Source of the DNA: Rhodospirillaceae bacterium | GTDB lineage: Bacteria > Pseudomonadota > Alphaproteobacteria > MPNO01 > UBA2964 | Reading direction: 5' to 3' | Assembly (NCBI GenBank): GCA_038146865.1 | Contig: JAYQSL010000007.1 | Coordinates: 492,638 to 556,637, forward strand | DNA: 64,000 nt | Shown here: positions 20,369 through 33,166 of the stretch, piece by piece | Layout: each line of letters starts with the position of its first letter | Numbering within the stretch: the stretch's first letter is position 1 | The notes under the pieces: model-generated | Seen by the model: only the letters and a program-made list of their open reading frames with translations | The model's database searches: none | Told to the model about the DNA's origin: nothing | Translations under genes and position numbers: made by a program

Positions 20369-21781
20369 TTATTCCGCGGCTATGGAAGAGGGTTTTGTGA
20401 GCCGGTTACGGGACCTGTGTTTAATTCGTGGTCGAACATTCTTCTCGATAAATTCTACTATGAGATGTGCCACATCCACACCTGACGCCCTTTCAATACC
20501 TTGTAACCCTGGTGATGAATTAATTTCCAAAACTTTAGGTCCAGTTTTGGAACGTAAAAAATCAACGCCAGCAACATTTAGGCCTAGAATTTTTGCTGCC
20601 TTTGTCGCTACTGAACGCTCGACCCGGCTTAATTTAGTCGCGGTAACGGCCCCCCCTTGATGAACATTGGCCCGGAAGTCTCCGTCTGTTGCCTTCCTCT
20701 TCATCGCTCCAACAACTTTACCACCAACTACCAGACAGCGCACATCTTCTCCTGCCGCCTCACTTATAAACTCTTGAACTAGAAAATTTGCTTTGATTCC
20801 CCTGAACGCACCGATTACAGACTCCGCGGCCTTTTTTGTTTCCGTTAGGACTACCCCCTTACCTTGAGCTGACTCCACTAATTTTACAATCAATGGGCCC
20901 CCTCCCACTATATCAATCAACTTTTTTGTATCTCGCGGAGAGTGAGCGAAGGCTGTGACTGGCATATCTACTCGATGCTGCGACAAAATTTGATGCGCCA
21001 ATAATTTGTCCCGCGAAGCACCAATTGCCGAAGCCGTATTTAGACAGAACGAACCCATTAACTCAAACTGACGGACTACCGCCATGCCATATGAGGTGAC
21101 GGAGGGGCCTATTCGTGGGATTACGGCATCAAAACGAGGTAAGGCGCCGCCGTCGATGTGGACCTCCGGGGAGCTCGCATTTATGTTCATGTAACAACGA
21201 GTGGTATTTATAATTTCGCAGACGTGACCGTGCTCCTCAATCACGTTAGCAAGACGGCGGCATGTGTAGTTGGTTGGCTCACGGGTCAGCAAACCAATCC
21301 TCAGAGGTCTACGAACCGGCCGGCTTTTTTTGAGGTTGTCGTAAAGATTGTATGACAATTCATTTTGTAGAAAAGTCCGATTTGGATCTACAATCATGTC
21401 CTTGGAGATAGCCTGGCGCCCCAGCAACATGCGACGCTGCATTGTGTCCCTATTTGTTAAAGTTACTTCGATAGGCCATTCCACCGAACCGATTTTGACA
21501 CTAGTTCGGATTACGTAGCGCAACTCAGCTTCACCATTTGAACTCGTCACTTCCCGACGACCAATCAATGGTGCAGAGCAGAAAATTTCTATGTCGGGCC
21601 TTTCGGGTATCGGATGAATTCCAAAGCGGACATTAGGCTTTTGGGCGTCACCGAATGGTTCTATGGCGAAAGCATGTAATGCTGAGGTTCGTGCTCCAGT
21701 ATCAACTTTGGCTGTCAATGCCGGTAGCCCAAGTTCTGGGAGGCTTACCCATTCCTCCCAACCCAAAATAATTTTGTCCAT
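20369..21781 (-). CDS. rimK: Fusion protein: N-terminal retropepsin-like (RimK-associated aspartic protease domain) plus C-terminal RimK-type ATP-grasp glutamate ligase
   Basis: The N-terminus (GLPALTAKVDTGARTSALHA) looks like a retropepsin. The C-terminal approximately 300 aa is an ATP-grasp RimK/LysX-like domain. Confidence 0.75.
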   Translation of the reverse strand: MDKIILGWEEWVSLPELGLPALTAKVDTGARTSALHAFAIEPFGDAQKPNVRFGIHPIPERPDIEIFCSAPLIGRREVTSSNGEAELRYVIRTSVKIGSVEWPIEVTLTNRDTMQRRMLLGRQAISKDMIVDPNRTFLQNELSYNLYDNLKKSRPVRRPLRIGLLTREPTNYTCRRLANVIEEHGHVCEIINTTRCYMNINASSPEVHIDGGALPRFDAVIPRIGPSVTSYGMAVVRQFELMGSFCLNTASAIGASRDKLLAHQILSQHRVDMPVTAFAHSPRDTKKLIDIVGGGPLIVKLVESAQGKGVVLTETKKAAESVIGAFRGIKANFLVQEFISEAAGEDVRCLVVGGKVVGAMKRKATDGDFRANVHQGGAVTATKLSRVERSVATKAAKILGLNVAGVDFLRSKTGPKVLEINSSPGLQGIERASGVDVAHLIVEFIEKNVRPRIKHRSRNRLTKPSSIAAE

Positions 21782-21946
21782 TTCCCACCTGCGGGTAGAT
21801 TAAAGTCGGCGCGAGATAATGCTTTTAATGGAAGAGTGCAAGCCTAATTCCACCCGTTGTTGTGATTTCTTTTTTTGATTTAACCGGATTTTTCAAAAAA
21901 AGCGGATACATATTCGGCCAGGTGGGAAAATAATAGAAAATAATGT

Positions 21947-23290
21947 TTATGATCCAGCAATTGTCATTCCATCAATCCTTACGGTTGGTGCATCATAACC
22001 ATACTTAAAAACCAGGTCATTTGCTGGCGTTAATGCCAAAAACATGTCACGAAGATTGCCCGCAATCGTCATTTCACTGACGGGGAAGGCGATAGCACCA
22101 TTCTCGATCCAGAATCCGCTTGCGCCTCTGCTATAGTCCCCTGTCACTCCGTTTACGCCCATTCCTATCAGCTCTGTAACATAAAAGCCTTGTTGGATAT
22201 CCGATATCAGGCCCGCAGGAGAAGCATCACCTGCTGTCATCCAGACATTGGTTGCCGATGGTCCCGGGGGTCCGCCGGTGCCTCGCGAAGCGTTACCAGT
22301 GCTTGAGCAACCAAGTTGTCGACTAGAAGATAGGTCTAGAATCCAGCTTTCTAATGTGCCCTCGTTGACTAATGACTTTGCTCTTGTAGGAAGGCCTTCG
22401 GCGTCAAACGGTTTAGAGCGTTGACCTCTCGGGCGTCGGGGATCTTCCATGATCGAGACGTTCGATGGTAATATCTGCTGTCCCAATCGATCTTTTAAAA
22501 AAGATGTACCTCGTGCGACTGACGTCCCATTGATTGCCCCTAATAAATGTCTGACTAGTCCGCTAGAAATCCTGGGGTCCAAGATAACGGGTGCCTGAGT
22601 GGTGGACATTTTCTTGGGGTTTAATCGCTTCACCGCTCGCTCGCCTGCACTCCTACCAATCGACGAAGGTGAAGGAAGGTCATCCCAGTGTACCGCAGAA
22701 GCAAAATCGTAGTCTCTTTCCATTTCGGTACCCTCGCCGGCAAGTACCGAAGCGGAGAAACTTTGACTGGTAACGGTGTATGTTTCTGAAAACCCAGTTG
22801 TCGTCGCTAGAGATATGGTTGAACGGCTCCAACCCACGTCTGCACCTTCTGAGTTGCTAATTCCCGCGACTGATCTGGCAGCATCCTCAGCCTCGAGCGC
22901 CGTATCTTTTATTTTTTCTGTAGACGGTTCATGACGATCAAATAGGTCTAAGTCTGGTGGTGCCTTTTCGAGCTGAGACCTTTCTGCTAGTCCACACCAG
23001 GGGTCCTCGGGGGCGGTTCTTGCCATTGCTACGCATCTTTCAGCCATCTCTTTGAGGCTTTCCTCAGAATGATCGGTGGAGGATACAACAGCTTGCCGTT
23101 TTCCGATTAACACCCTCAGTCCAAGATCGCGGCTCTCTGCCCTCTCTAACTTCTCGGTTTTGCCCAAGCGCACGCTTAATTCTATTGATGCGGAATCAAA
23201 CATGACTGCATCGGCGGCTTCAGCACCAAAACCCTTCGCCGAACCAATGATGTCGTTAAGGATATCTAGCGAATTTAATTTATAATCCAT
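21947..23290 (-). CDS. pmbA: Metalloprotease PmbA (TldE)
   Basis: TldD/PmbA family fold. The start is set at MDYKLNS so it does not overlap ubiD. Confidence 0.8.
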   Translation of the reverse strand: MDYKLNSLDILNDIIGSAKGFGAEAADAVMFDSASIELSVRLGKTEKLERAESRDLGLRVLIGKRQAVVSSTDHSEESLKEMAERCVAMARTAPEDPWCGLAERSQLEKAPPDLDLFDRHEPSTEKIKDTALEAEDAARSVAGISNSEGADVGWSRSTISLATTTGFSETYTVTSQSFSASVLAGEGTEMERDYDFASAVHWDDLPSPSSIGRSAGERAVKRLNPKKMSTTQAPVILDPRISSGLVRHLLGAINGTSVARGTSFLKDRLGQQILPSNVSIMEDPRRPRGQRSKPFDAEGLPTRAKSLVNEGTLESWILDLSSSRQLGCSSTGNASRGTGGPPGPSATNVWMTAGDASPAGLISDIQQGFYVTELIGMGVNGVTGDYSRGASGFWIENGAIAFPVSEMTIAGNLRDMFLALTPANDLVFKYGYDAPTVRIDGMTIAGS

Positions 23291-23319
23291 AATTTGGCTT
23301 CCTAGTGTCTTCAGTGATC

Positions 23320-24828
23320 TTACCAAATCGACTTGCCCGAACCAGGCAAGCCTAAATCGGACCAAATAGAGTCTATTTTGCTAATGGTAGCATTATCCAT
23401 GCGAATTTTTTTACCCCACTCGCGTTGCGTTTCTGGAGGTATCTTGGTCGTCGCATCGATCCCCATTTTGGATCCAAGGCCGGAGTAGGGGGAGGCAAAA
23501 TCCAAATAATCTATAGGCGTATTTTCTAACATTACGGTGTCTCTCGATGGATCAGTATGAGTTGCAACTGCCCACACCACATCCTGCCAATTTCGCGCAT
23601 CAATGTCGTCATCTACAACAATTACAAATTTAGTATAGGTAAATTGCTTAAGGTAAGACCATACGGCCATCATGATCCGTCTCGCATGCCCCGGATACGA
23701 TTTTTTAATGGAGACTACCGCTATGCGATAAGAGCATGCCTCAGGCGGTAGCCAAAAATCGACAACTTCAGGGAATTGTTTTGTAAATAATGGAACAAAA
23801 ACATCATTGAGTGCCTCGCCCAAAGTGGATGGTTCATCCGGAGGACGACCGGTGAAGGTTGAGAGATAGATGGGGTTTTGCCGCATTGTAACAGCGCTGA
23901 CCGTAAACACTGGGAATTTTTCAATTGAATTATAAAAGCCGGTGTGGTCACCGTAGGGACCTTCTGATCGATAATCTGTCACGCTTACGTGCCCTTCAAG
24001 AACAATTTCAGCTTCTGCGGGGACAGATAAGGGGACTGTTTTGCACTTTACGAGAGATAACTTCTTCCGCCGCAAAAGGCCTGAAAATTCGTACTCTGAG
24101 AGTTTTTCGGGAACAGGTGCCACTGCAGCGATGGTTGTCCCAGGATCTGCACCTAAAACTACTGCCGCGGGAAGATCAGTTCCTCGTTGAGACGCACTTT
24201 TCAGAGCCTCTGCACCGCCTCGGTGTTCGAGCCACCGCATCAGAGTTTTATTTTTAGACAACAGTTGCATACGGTAAATACCAAGGTTCGTGCGGCCATT
24301 GTCTTCGGTTACTACGATAGGCCAAGTAATTAGCGGCGCTGGTTCTCCAGGCCAACACGTTTGGATAGGAAGGCTATTTAAATTTATTTCGTCACCCTCT
24401 ATGACGATCTCTTGGCAAGGTGCACGCCTAACAGTCTTTGGTTTCATCGCTAAAACAGGTTTGACGAGTGGAACCATTGATTTAGCTTCACGGAGGTTAG
24501 AGGGGGGGTCTGGCTGTTGCAAAAATGCGAGCTGTTCCCCGAATGAACGGAGCTCCTCGCGAGAGCGGCCCATTCCAAGGGCCACGCGTTCCACCGTTCC
24601 GAAAAGATTTGCAAGAACTGGGATTTCTGATTTCGTTCCATCAGCCCTAATTGAGTTCTCAAAAATTACAGCGGGTCCCCGATCTGACAGCAGCCTCGTT
24701 TGAATCTCTGTCATTTCATGGACGGTGGAAACTGGCTCAGAAACTCGAATGAGCTCATTCCGACGTTCCAGATCAAGAATAAAATCTCTTAGACTGTCAA
24801 AAGTCATTTGCCCAAGTGTTCTAATCAA
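23320..24828 (-). CDS. ubiD: 4-hydroxy-3-polyprenylbenzoate decarboxylase (canonical UbiD)
   Basis: Full-length 502-aa UbiD, divergent from ubiA. Confidence 0.85.
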   Translation of the reverse strand: MIRTLGQMTFDSLRDFILDLERRNELIRVSEPVSTVHEMTEIQTRLLSDRGPAVIFENSIRADGTKSEIPVLANLFGTVERVALGMGRSREELRSFGEQLAFLQQPDPPSNLREAKSMVPLVKPVLAMKPKTVRRAPCQEIVIEGDEINLNSLPIQTCWPGEPAPLITWPIVVTEDNGRTNLGIYRMQLLSKNKTLMRWLEHRGGAEALKSASQRGTDLPAAVVLGADPGTTIAAVAPVPEKLSEYEFSGLLRRKKLSLVKCKTVPLSVPAEAEIVLEGHVSVTDYRSEGPYGDHTGFYNSIEKFPVFTVSAVTMRQNPIYLSTFTGRPPDEPSTLGEALNDVFVPLFTKQFPEVVDFWLPPEACSYRIAVVSIKKSYPGHARRIMMAVWSYLKQFTYTKFVIVVDDDIDARNWQDVVWAVATHTDPSRDTVMLENTPIDYLDFASPYSGLGSKMGIDATTKIPPETQREWGKKIRMDNATISKIDSIWSDLGLPGSGKSIW

Positions 24829-24915
24829 TAAAGGGTCTTGTTATATTCCTAAACATTTATTTGGCATGCGTATAGTGTAACATTCGACCAAGGGTTTTGG
24901 AGGCGAGGAGATGCT

Positions 24916-25635
24916 ATGAGAGAAGAGGTCGAATTTGCACTTTCTTACCCGTTTGCAATTCCTCGTTCTTCCTTCATGTTTACTGTCGACCAGACCCAAC
25001 CCCTGAAGAAGTTGAGCGATGGCTTTCGATCGAGATTGCCGGTAATCGCGGTGGGTTCAAATCAGTCACCCTCACAACTTACCCGCAAATACAAAGGTCT
25101 TGCCGACACAGGAGAAATACCTGCAGAACGTGCAGTATTAAAAAATTTTGACGTGGTTTACGCCGCACATTTAGCGGGATATGGCTCAGTGCCTGCGACC
25201 TTCCAATCCTCGCCGGGGACATTAGTTACGATATTTGTGTTATGGCTGACAGAGATCCAGCTGTCTCGGATGCATCAAACAGAGTCCAATTATTATTTTG
25301 ATAAGTTAAACGGACTTGAAATTAAAACAGAATTTGGTTTTGAACTTGATACGGCATACGCATACACCGCTCGCAATGGTTGCTTAAATATTGAAGGCAG
25401 CCCATTAGCTTTGGCTGAGATATCTGCGAAAGACAGGTACTTTGACGAAGCGACACAATTGCAGGCGCAAGAAGCTGTTCGGGATATTACCGACGCGGGA
25501 AAAGAAATCGGGACCTTTGTCCTCGAAACAATCGAAGGGGCATCGGTTCGCGACAGTCGGATTAAGTTTTTGGCAAAGAAAGCGCTGCAGCCCACTTTCG
25601 ATCGAAAACTAATTGTTGATTTGAGTGAATATTAG
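24916..25635 (+). CDS. Hypothetical protein, possibly gamma-glutamyl cyclotransferase-like (AIG2/GGCT fold)
   Basis: A weak motif VIAVGSNQSPSQL resembles the YGSN signature. I recognise no other domains. Confidence 0.35.
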   Translation: MREEVEFALSYPFAIPRSSFMFTVDQTQPLKKLSDGFRSRLPVIAVGSNQSPSQLTRKYKGLADTGEIPAERAVLKNFDVVYAAHLAGYGSVPATFQSSPGTLVTIFVLWLTEIQLSRMHQTESNYYFDKLNGLEIKTEFGFELDTAYAYTARNGCLNIEGSPLALAEISAKDRYFDEATQLQAQEAVRDITDAGKEIGTFVLETIEGASVRDSRIKFLAKKALQPTFDRKLIVDLSEY

Positions 25636-25710
25636 TAGACATCAGTTATACGGACTAATTGTCTGAGGTTGCTAGCTCGTTAGGGATAAGTCTTCTCCTA
25701 CCCATTGGGT

Positions 25711-26637
25711 TCAAAAAATTCTGCTTGCAAAAATACCTGCGAGGAAAAGCCAGCCGAAAATTTTATTTGATTGAAATTTTCTTAAGCAGTCACTGGGGCT
25801 ATTTATGTCCACGCTCCAAATTTGCCAAAATAATTGGATTGAAGCGATCCACAAACCTAGGTAGAAAGGCCAGCTCAAAGTCAATGAAAAGCCTGCCTGA
25901 AAAAACATTATTAAGGCCAGTGAATAAAAACTAAATAACCAGGGCTTGCTGCCGAGGCCAAATTTTCTTGCGGTCGACTTTACGCCCGCTTTTGGATCGT
26001 ACGCTCGATCTTGGTGTGCGTAAATTGTATCGTATCCTAGGGTCCAAAAGACTCCTCCAGCGTAAAGCCATAAAGCTTGCTCGTTGATTTCTCCTCTTAC
26101 GGCTGCCCATCCAAGCAGTGCTCCCCAATTGAATGTGAACCCCAGAAAAAGCTGCGGCCAGAATGTAATCCTTTTCATCAAGGGATAGGTGAATACGAGC
26201 AAGAGAGCAGTAGCGCCAATTATCCAAGAGAACATATTGAGGGAGAGCAGCACAACAAGTCCTACAGTTAATTGAACAAGCAAAAACAATGTTGCCCGTG
26301 TAACTGTGATCTCACCGCTAGGAAGTGGACGATTTTTAGTGCGTGCTACCTGAGCGTCAATGTTTCTATCTATTATATCGTTGAGAGTGCAGCCTGCTCC
26401 TCGCATCACAATTGCACCAAATCCAAACGTGATAAATAGCCAAAGGTCGTCATAACTCTCATAGCAAAGAGCTATGCTCCACCAGCATGGAAAAAGCAGC
26501 AGCCAAGTGCCTATAGGTCTGTCATAACGGGCTAATCGAATGTAAGGATGCAATGATGAAGGAGTGTACCTCTCAACCCAGTTATCCACTGGAATATCAC
26601 TTGCAGTCTCAATCGACGTTTTAGGTGATCGTTCCAT
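25711..26637 (-). CDS. ubiA: 4-hydroxybenzoate polyprenyltransferase
   Basis: UbiA prenyltransferase with NDxxDRxxD motifs (LNDIIDRNIDAQ) and about 8 transmembrane helices. Confidence 0.9.
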   Translation of the reverse strand: MERSPKTSIETASDIPVDNWVERYTPSSLHPYIRLARYDRPIGTWLLLFPCWWSIALCYESYDDLWLFITFGFGAIVMRGAGCTLNDIIDRNIDAQVARTKNRPLPSGEITVTRATLFLLVQLTVGLVVLLSLNMFSWIIGATALLLVFTYPLMKRITFWPQLFLGFTFNWGALLGWAAVRGEINEQALWLYAGGVFWTLGYDTIYAHQDRAYDPKAGVKSTARKFGLGSKPWLFSFYSLALIMFFQAGFSLTLSWPFYLGLWIASIQLFWQIWSVDINSPSDCLRKFQSNKIFGWLFLAGIFASRIF

Positions 26638-26694
26638 GGTTTATGCTATCCTCAGTTTATTTTCTTCAATGTAAATTACTCGTCTCTATATTTC

Positions 26695-27435
26695 ATGCCT
26701 TCTATTCGCCTATATACAGAAGTCGAGCTTTTTTCTGGTGCTTCAGTAGTATTGGGGCCCCAGCAATCGCACTACATCAATAATGTTATGCGCCAAAAGG
26801 CAGGACATTTCATCTTTCTTTTTAACGGATTGGATGGTGAGTGGAGAGGGCAAATCAAAGAGTTTGGTCGTGGGTGGTGTGACATTCTGGTCTTGGAGTG
26901 TACAAAAAAAATGACCGCTTCCCCAGACGTGTGGCTACTTTTTGCTCCGGTTAAGAAGACTAGAATTGACTTTATCGCCTCCAAGTCTACTGAGCTCGGG
27001 GCCTCGGCCATTCAGCCTGTATTCACAGAATTCACGAGGGTAGGTCGGGTCAATATAGATCGGCTTAAGTCCAATACTATAGAGGCGGCCGAGCAATGCG
27101 GTGCGCTCGTGATCCCTGAGGTTCGGGAAACTAAGAATTTATCGCAATTAATCGATCTTTGGCCTAGTGAACGGCAACTCCTAGTTTGCGATAATACAAT
27201 TGAACGAATCCCAATATTAAACGCCTTAAATAATTTTAAAGACCGAGGTTCATGGGCAATTCTCGTTGGGCCAGAAGGTGGATTTTCTGAGTACGAACTT
27301 GACCAGATTCAGCAAAAGGCTAACCCTGTGTTTGTCAGCCTTGGTCCACGTATCCTTAGAGCGGATACTGCAGTGGTGGCAGCGCTGACATGTTGGCAGT
27401 CCGTCTTCGGTGATTGGGCTTACGACACTCAGTGA
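26695..27435 (+). CDS. rsmE: 16S rRNA (uracil1498-N3)-methyltransferase
   Basis: RsmE/SPOUT family architecture with a PUA-like N-terminus. Confidence 0.85.
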   Translation: MPSIRLYTEVELFSGASVVLGPQQSHYINNVMRQKAGHFIFLFNGLDGEWRGQIKEFGRGWCDILVLECTKKMTASPDVWLLFAPVKKTRIDFIASKSTELGASAIQPVFTEFTRVGRVNIDRLKSNTIEAAEQCGALVIPEVRETKNLSQLIDLWPSERQLLVCDNTIERIPILNALNNFKDRGSWAILVGPEGGFSEYELDQIQQKANPVFVSLGPRILRADTAVVAALTCWQSVFGDWAYDTQ

Positions 27436-27462
27436 ACACTCGAACAAGCGGGAAGACAATCT

Positions 27463-28830
27463 ATGGCTGCTCCACCTTCATCGCCTGGAAATAAGATTAC
27501 TAGTAAGCAAGATCTGGTTGCTTATATCGCAAGTGGGGAACGGAACCCGGCTGAGTGGCGAATAGGAACAGAACATGAAAAATTTGTGTATAATTTAGAC
27601 ACGTTTATTCCTGCTCCCTACGGCGGGAGTTCTGGGATTAAAGCTCTCTTGGAAGCGTTGCGCCGTTTTGACTGGGAACCTGTGGTTGAGGAGGCAAACA
27701 TAATAGCGCTAACCCACAATGATGGTTGCGCTATTACTTTGGAACCTGGCGGGCAGCTAGAGTTGGCGGGGGCTCAACTAGAGACAGTTCATCAAACTTG
27801 CAATGAAGTACACAAACATTTAGCGCAGGTCAAAGAAGTGGCTCAAGAGCTTGGTCTTGGGCTGATTGGGATGGGATTCCATCCTACAGCCAAGAGAGAT
27901 GACATAGATTGGATGCCTAAAGGCCGTTATCAAGTGATGCGGAATTATATGCCTGTGGTTGGAAAACTTGGCATTGATATGATGATTAGAACTGCGACTG
28001 TGCAGGTTAACCTCGATTTTACCTCAGAAGCGGATATGGTTAAAAAGTTTCGCGTGGCCCTGGCTTTGCAGCCAATAGCCACAGCATTGTTTGCAGCCTC
28101 TCCGTTTATAGAGGGTATGCCGAGTGGTTTTGTCTCCTCACGTAGCCATGTTTGGGAAGATACAGATCCAGATCGATGCGGAATTCTCCCGTTTGTTTTT
28201 GAGGATGGCATGGGGTACGAGCGTTATGTCGATTATGCTCTGGATGTCCCTATGTATTTTGTTTATCGAGAGGGAAAATACTTAGATGCATCCGGACAGT
28301 CTTTTCGAGATTTTATGAAAGGTAGTTTGCCTGCGTTACCCGGGGAAACCCCTACTGAGGGCGACTGGTCAGATCATTTAACAACATTATTTCCGGAGGT
28401 CAGGCTTAAAAAGTTTCTTGAGATGAGGGGAGCCGATGGAGGACCGTGGAAGCGTCTCTGTGCTCTTCCCGCTCTTTGGACGGGCCTTTTGTATGATCAA
28501 ACGGCGCTCGACTCCGCTTGGGATATAGTCAAAAAATGGAGCCTCGAAGATCACAATTATTTAAGGCAAGAGGTACCAAAAACAGCGCTCAAAACGGCTT
28601 TCAAAGGAGGAACTGTTCAGGATTTGGCTCAGCAGACCTTAGAGGTTGCCGCCCTTGGTCTAAGGAACCGGAGAAAAATTGATGCTCGTGGGGCAGATGA
28701 AACTGGTTTTTTGGGCCCTCTTTTCAAAATAGCCGATAGTGGCCTGACACCAGCAGATGAAATGCTGATAAAATACGAGAACGACTGGGCTAAAGATCCG
28801 ACCAGAATTTTCTCAGAGCTCAGTTACTGA
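27463..28830 (+). CDS. gshA: Glutamate--cysteine ligase, plant/alphaproteobacterial type (GCS2)
   Basis: 455-aa GCS2-family protein. Confidence 0.8.
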   Translation: MAAPPSSPGNKITSKQDLVAYIASGERNPAEWRIGTEHEKFVYNLDTFIPAPYGGSSGIKALLEALRRFDWEPVVEEANIIALTHNDGCAITLEPGGQLELAGAQLETVHQTCNEVHKHLAQVKEVAQELGLGLIGMGFHPTAKRDDIDWMPKGRYQVMRNYMPVVGKLGIDMMIRTATVQVNLDFTSEADMVKKFRVALALQPIATALFAASPFIEGMPSGFVSSRSHVWEDTDPDRCGILPFVFEDGMGYERYVDYALDVPMYFVYREGKYLDASGQSFRDFMKGSLPALPGETPTEGDWSDHLTTLFPEVRLKKFLEMRGADGGPWKRLCALPALWTGLLYDQTALDSAWDIVKKWSLEDHNYLRQEVPKTALKTAFKGGTVQDLAQQTLEVAALGLRNRRKIDARGADETGFLGPLFKIADSGLTPADEMLIKYENDWAKDPTRIFSELSY

Positions 28831-28902
28831 TGTCTGAGATAACTTTTATATTCTATACCTAAAAGTCTACTAACGGCTTACCAAAAATTTAAAAGGTATA
28901 GT

Positions 28903-30336
28903 TTAGGCTGCGGTCCCTCCAATCGTAAGGTTGTTAACGCGGAGTGTCGGTTGTCCAACTCCCACAGGGACACCCTGGCCGTCTTTACCGCAAGTACCCA
29001 CACCTGGGTCCAGGGAAAGATCATTGCCTACCATCGCGACCCTTGTCAGAACATCGGGTCCATTCCCTATTAATGTAGCGCCTTTAACCGGAGCACCGAC
29101 TTTACCATCTTCTATCAAGTATGCCTCAGAAGCACTAAAAACAAACTTCCCCGAGGTTATATCGACTTGGCCTCCACCAAAATTTACCGCGTACAAGCCC
29201 CGTTTAACGGACGATAAAATTTCTCCTGGATCTTTATCACCCGCGAGCATGTAGGTGTTGGTCATTCGCGGCATTGGAGCGCAAGCAAAGCTCTCCCTGC
29301 GACCATTACCTGTCGGTGCATCACCCATCAGTCGCGCATTGAGGCGATCGTGCATGTATCCTTTCAGAATTCCATCTTCAATCAGGACAGTCCGACCTGA
29401 GGGAGTTCCCTCATCATCAACATTTAGCGAGCCTCGTCGGTTAGTTATATTGCCTTCATCGACTACAGTAACACCATCAGCTGCTACTCTATGACCCAAA
29501 AGCCCGGAAAAAGCAGAGGTTTTCTTGCGGTTGAAATCTCCTTCAAGCCCATGCCCAATAGCCTCGTGTAATAATATCCCAGGCCACCCAGGCCCCAGGA
29601 CTACATCCATTTCTCCTGCGGGCGCTTCAATAGAATCCAGATTTACTAAACCTAGGCGTAAGGCTTCTTTTGCTTGTTTTTGCCATGAGTCAGGTTGTAT
29701 GAAGTCTAAGTATGAAACTCGGCCTCCCAAGCCATGTCCCCCCGTCTCCATTCGCACGCCATCTTCAACAACTACTGATATGTTTAGCCTGACTAACGGT
29801 CGGATATCTGCCGTTCTAATGCCGCCTGATCGTATTATTTGGACTGCTTGCCACTCGCCAGATAAAACAGCTGACACTTGTTTGACTTTGGGGTCGAGAG
29901 CTCTTGTGTAACTATCAATGTCTGCAAGTAAGTTTACTTTATCTTCAAAGGAGACTTGTTCCAAAGGATTGTCGTCTGAATAAATTTTTTCGTTCGGGGC
30001 ATTGGGCGCCAAAGCAGTATGCCCTGAGTGTCCTGAACGAATGGAGCGGACAGTATTTGAAGCTCGTTTTATGGCGTTCTCAGAAATTTCGGTGGAATGC
30101 GAGTAGGCTACGGTATCTTCCGCAATAGCCCTTAACCCGAACCCTTGCGTGACGTCGAAAGAGGCGTTTCGGAGTCTGCCGTCATCAAAAGCTAGGCTTT
30201 CGCTTTGACGGTACTCAAGAAACAATTCTCCGTCATCGAGTCCTTCAAGGGCATCATCGACCACTTTTTGAATTCGGCCATGGTCCAGGTCCTGTTTTTT
30301 GAAAAACAAGTCGTCCGTTCGTGATAAATTAGACAA
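28903..30336 (-). CDS. tldD: Metalloprotease TldD
   Basis: HEAIGHGLE zinc motif in a TldD family fold. Confidence 0.9.
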   Translation of the reverse strand: MSNLSRTDDLFFKKQDLDHGRIQKVVDDALEGLDDGELFLEYRQSESLAFDDGRLRNASFDVTQGFGLRAIAEDTVAYSHSTEISENAIKRASNTVRSIRSGHSGHTALAPNAPNEKIYSDDNPLEQVSFEDKVNLLADIDSYTRALDPKVKQVSAVLSGEWQAVQIIRSGGIRTADIRPLVRLNISVVVEDGVRMETGGHGLGGRVSYLDFIQPDSWQKQAKEALRLGLVNLDSIEAPAGEMDVVLGPGWPGILLHEAIGHGLEGDFNRKKTSAFSGLLGHRVAADGVTVVDEGNITNRRGSLNVDDEGTPSGRTVLIEDGILKGYMHDRLNARLMGDAPTGNGRRESFACAPMPRMTNTYMLAGDKDPGEILSSVKRGLYAVNFGGGQVDITSGKFVFSASEAYLIEDGKVGAPVKGATLIGNGPDVLTRVAMVGNDLSLDPGVGTCGKDGQGVPVGVGQPTLRVNNLTIGGTAA

Positions 30337-30632
30337 GTTCTATTCCTCGGAATTAATCCTATGGATCCAATATGAGGGCAATTGTCTCTCTCGTCACCCG
30401 AAAAAAAATCTAGAGCGATTTTTCGAGTTTCTTTGCCGAAATTTTTTTTGTTGCCTGGTGGGAAGTCTGCGACATAGGGTCGCGACCCTGATTAAGACTA
30501 TGCGATTTTAGCCTCCAACCCCTACAATAAAGCTATATTTGTTGGGTTGTTAAGGGGTCATCGGTGGTATAGTTTTCGGTCCGTCGGAGACGAAAGATCC
30601 GACGACAGGGTAATCACGGACTGGCGAGAAAA

Positions 30633-33135
<2,503 letters not shown>

Positions 33136-33166
33136 GGTTTAAGGCCAGGAGTCCAACGGAGGTATC

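Noticed and set aside
28831-28902. Possible terminator between convergent gshA and tldD (ctatacc ... ggtatag)
   Set aside because: It has only a 7-bp stem with a roughly 30-nt loop, so it is not a convincing intrinsic terminator.
28931-30128. Four plus-strand ORFs antisense to tldD
   Set aside because: These are shadow ORFs in a GC-richer gene, and their frames show no recognisable homology.
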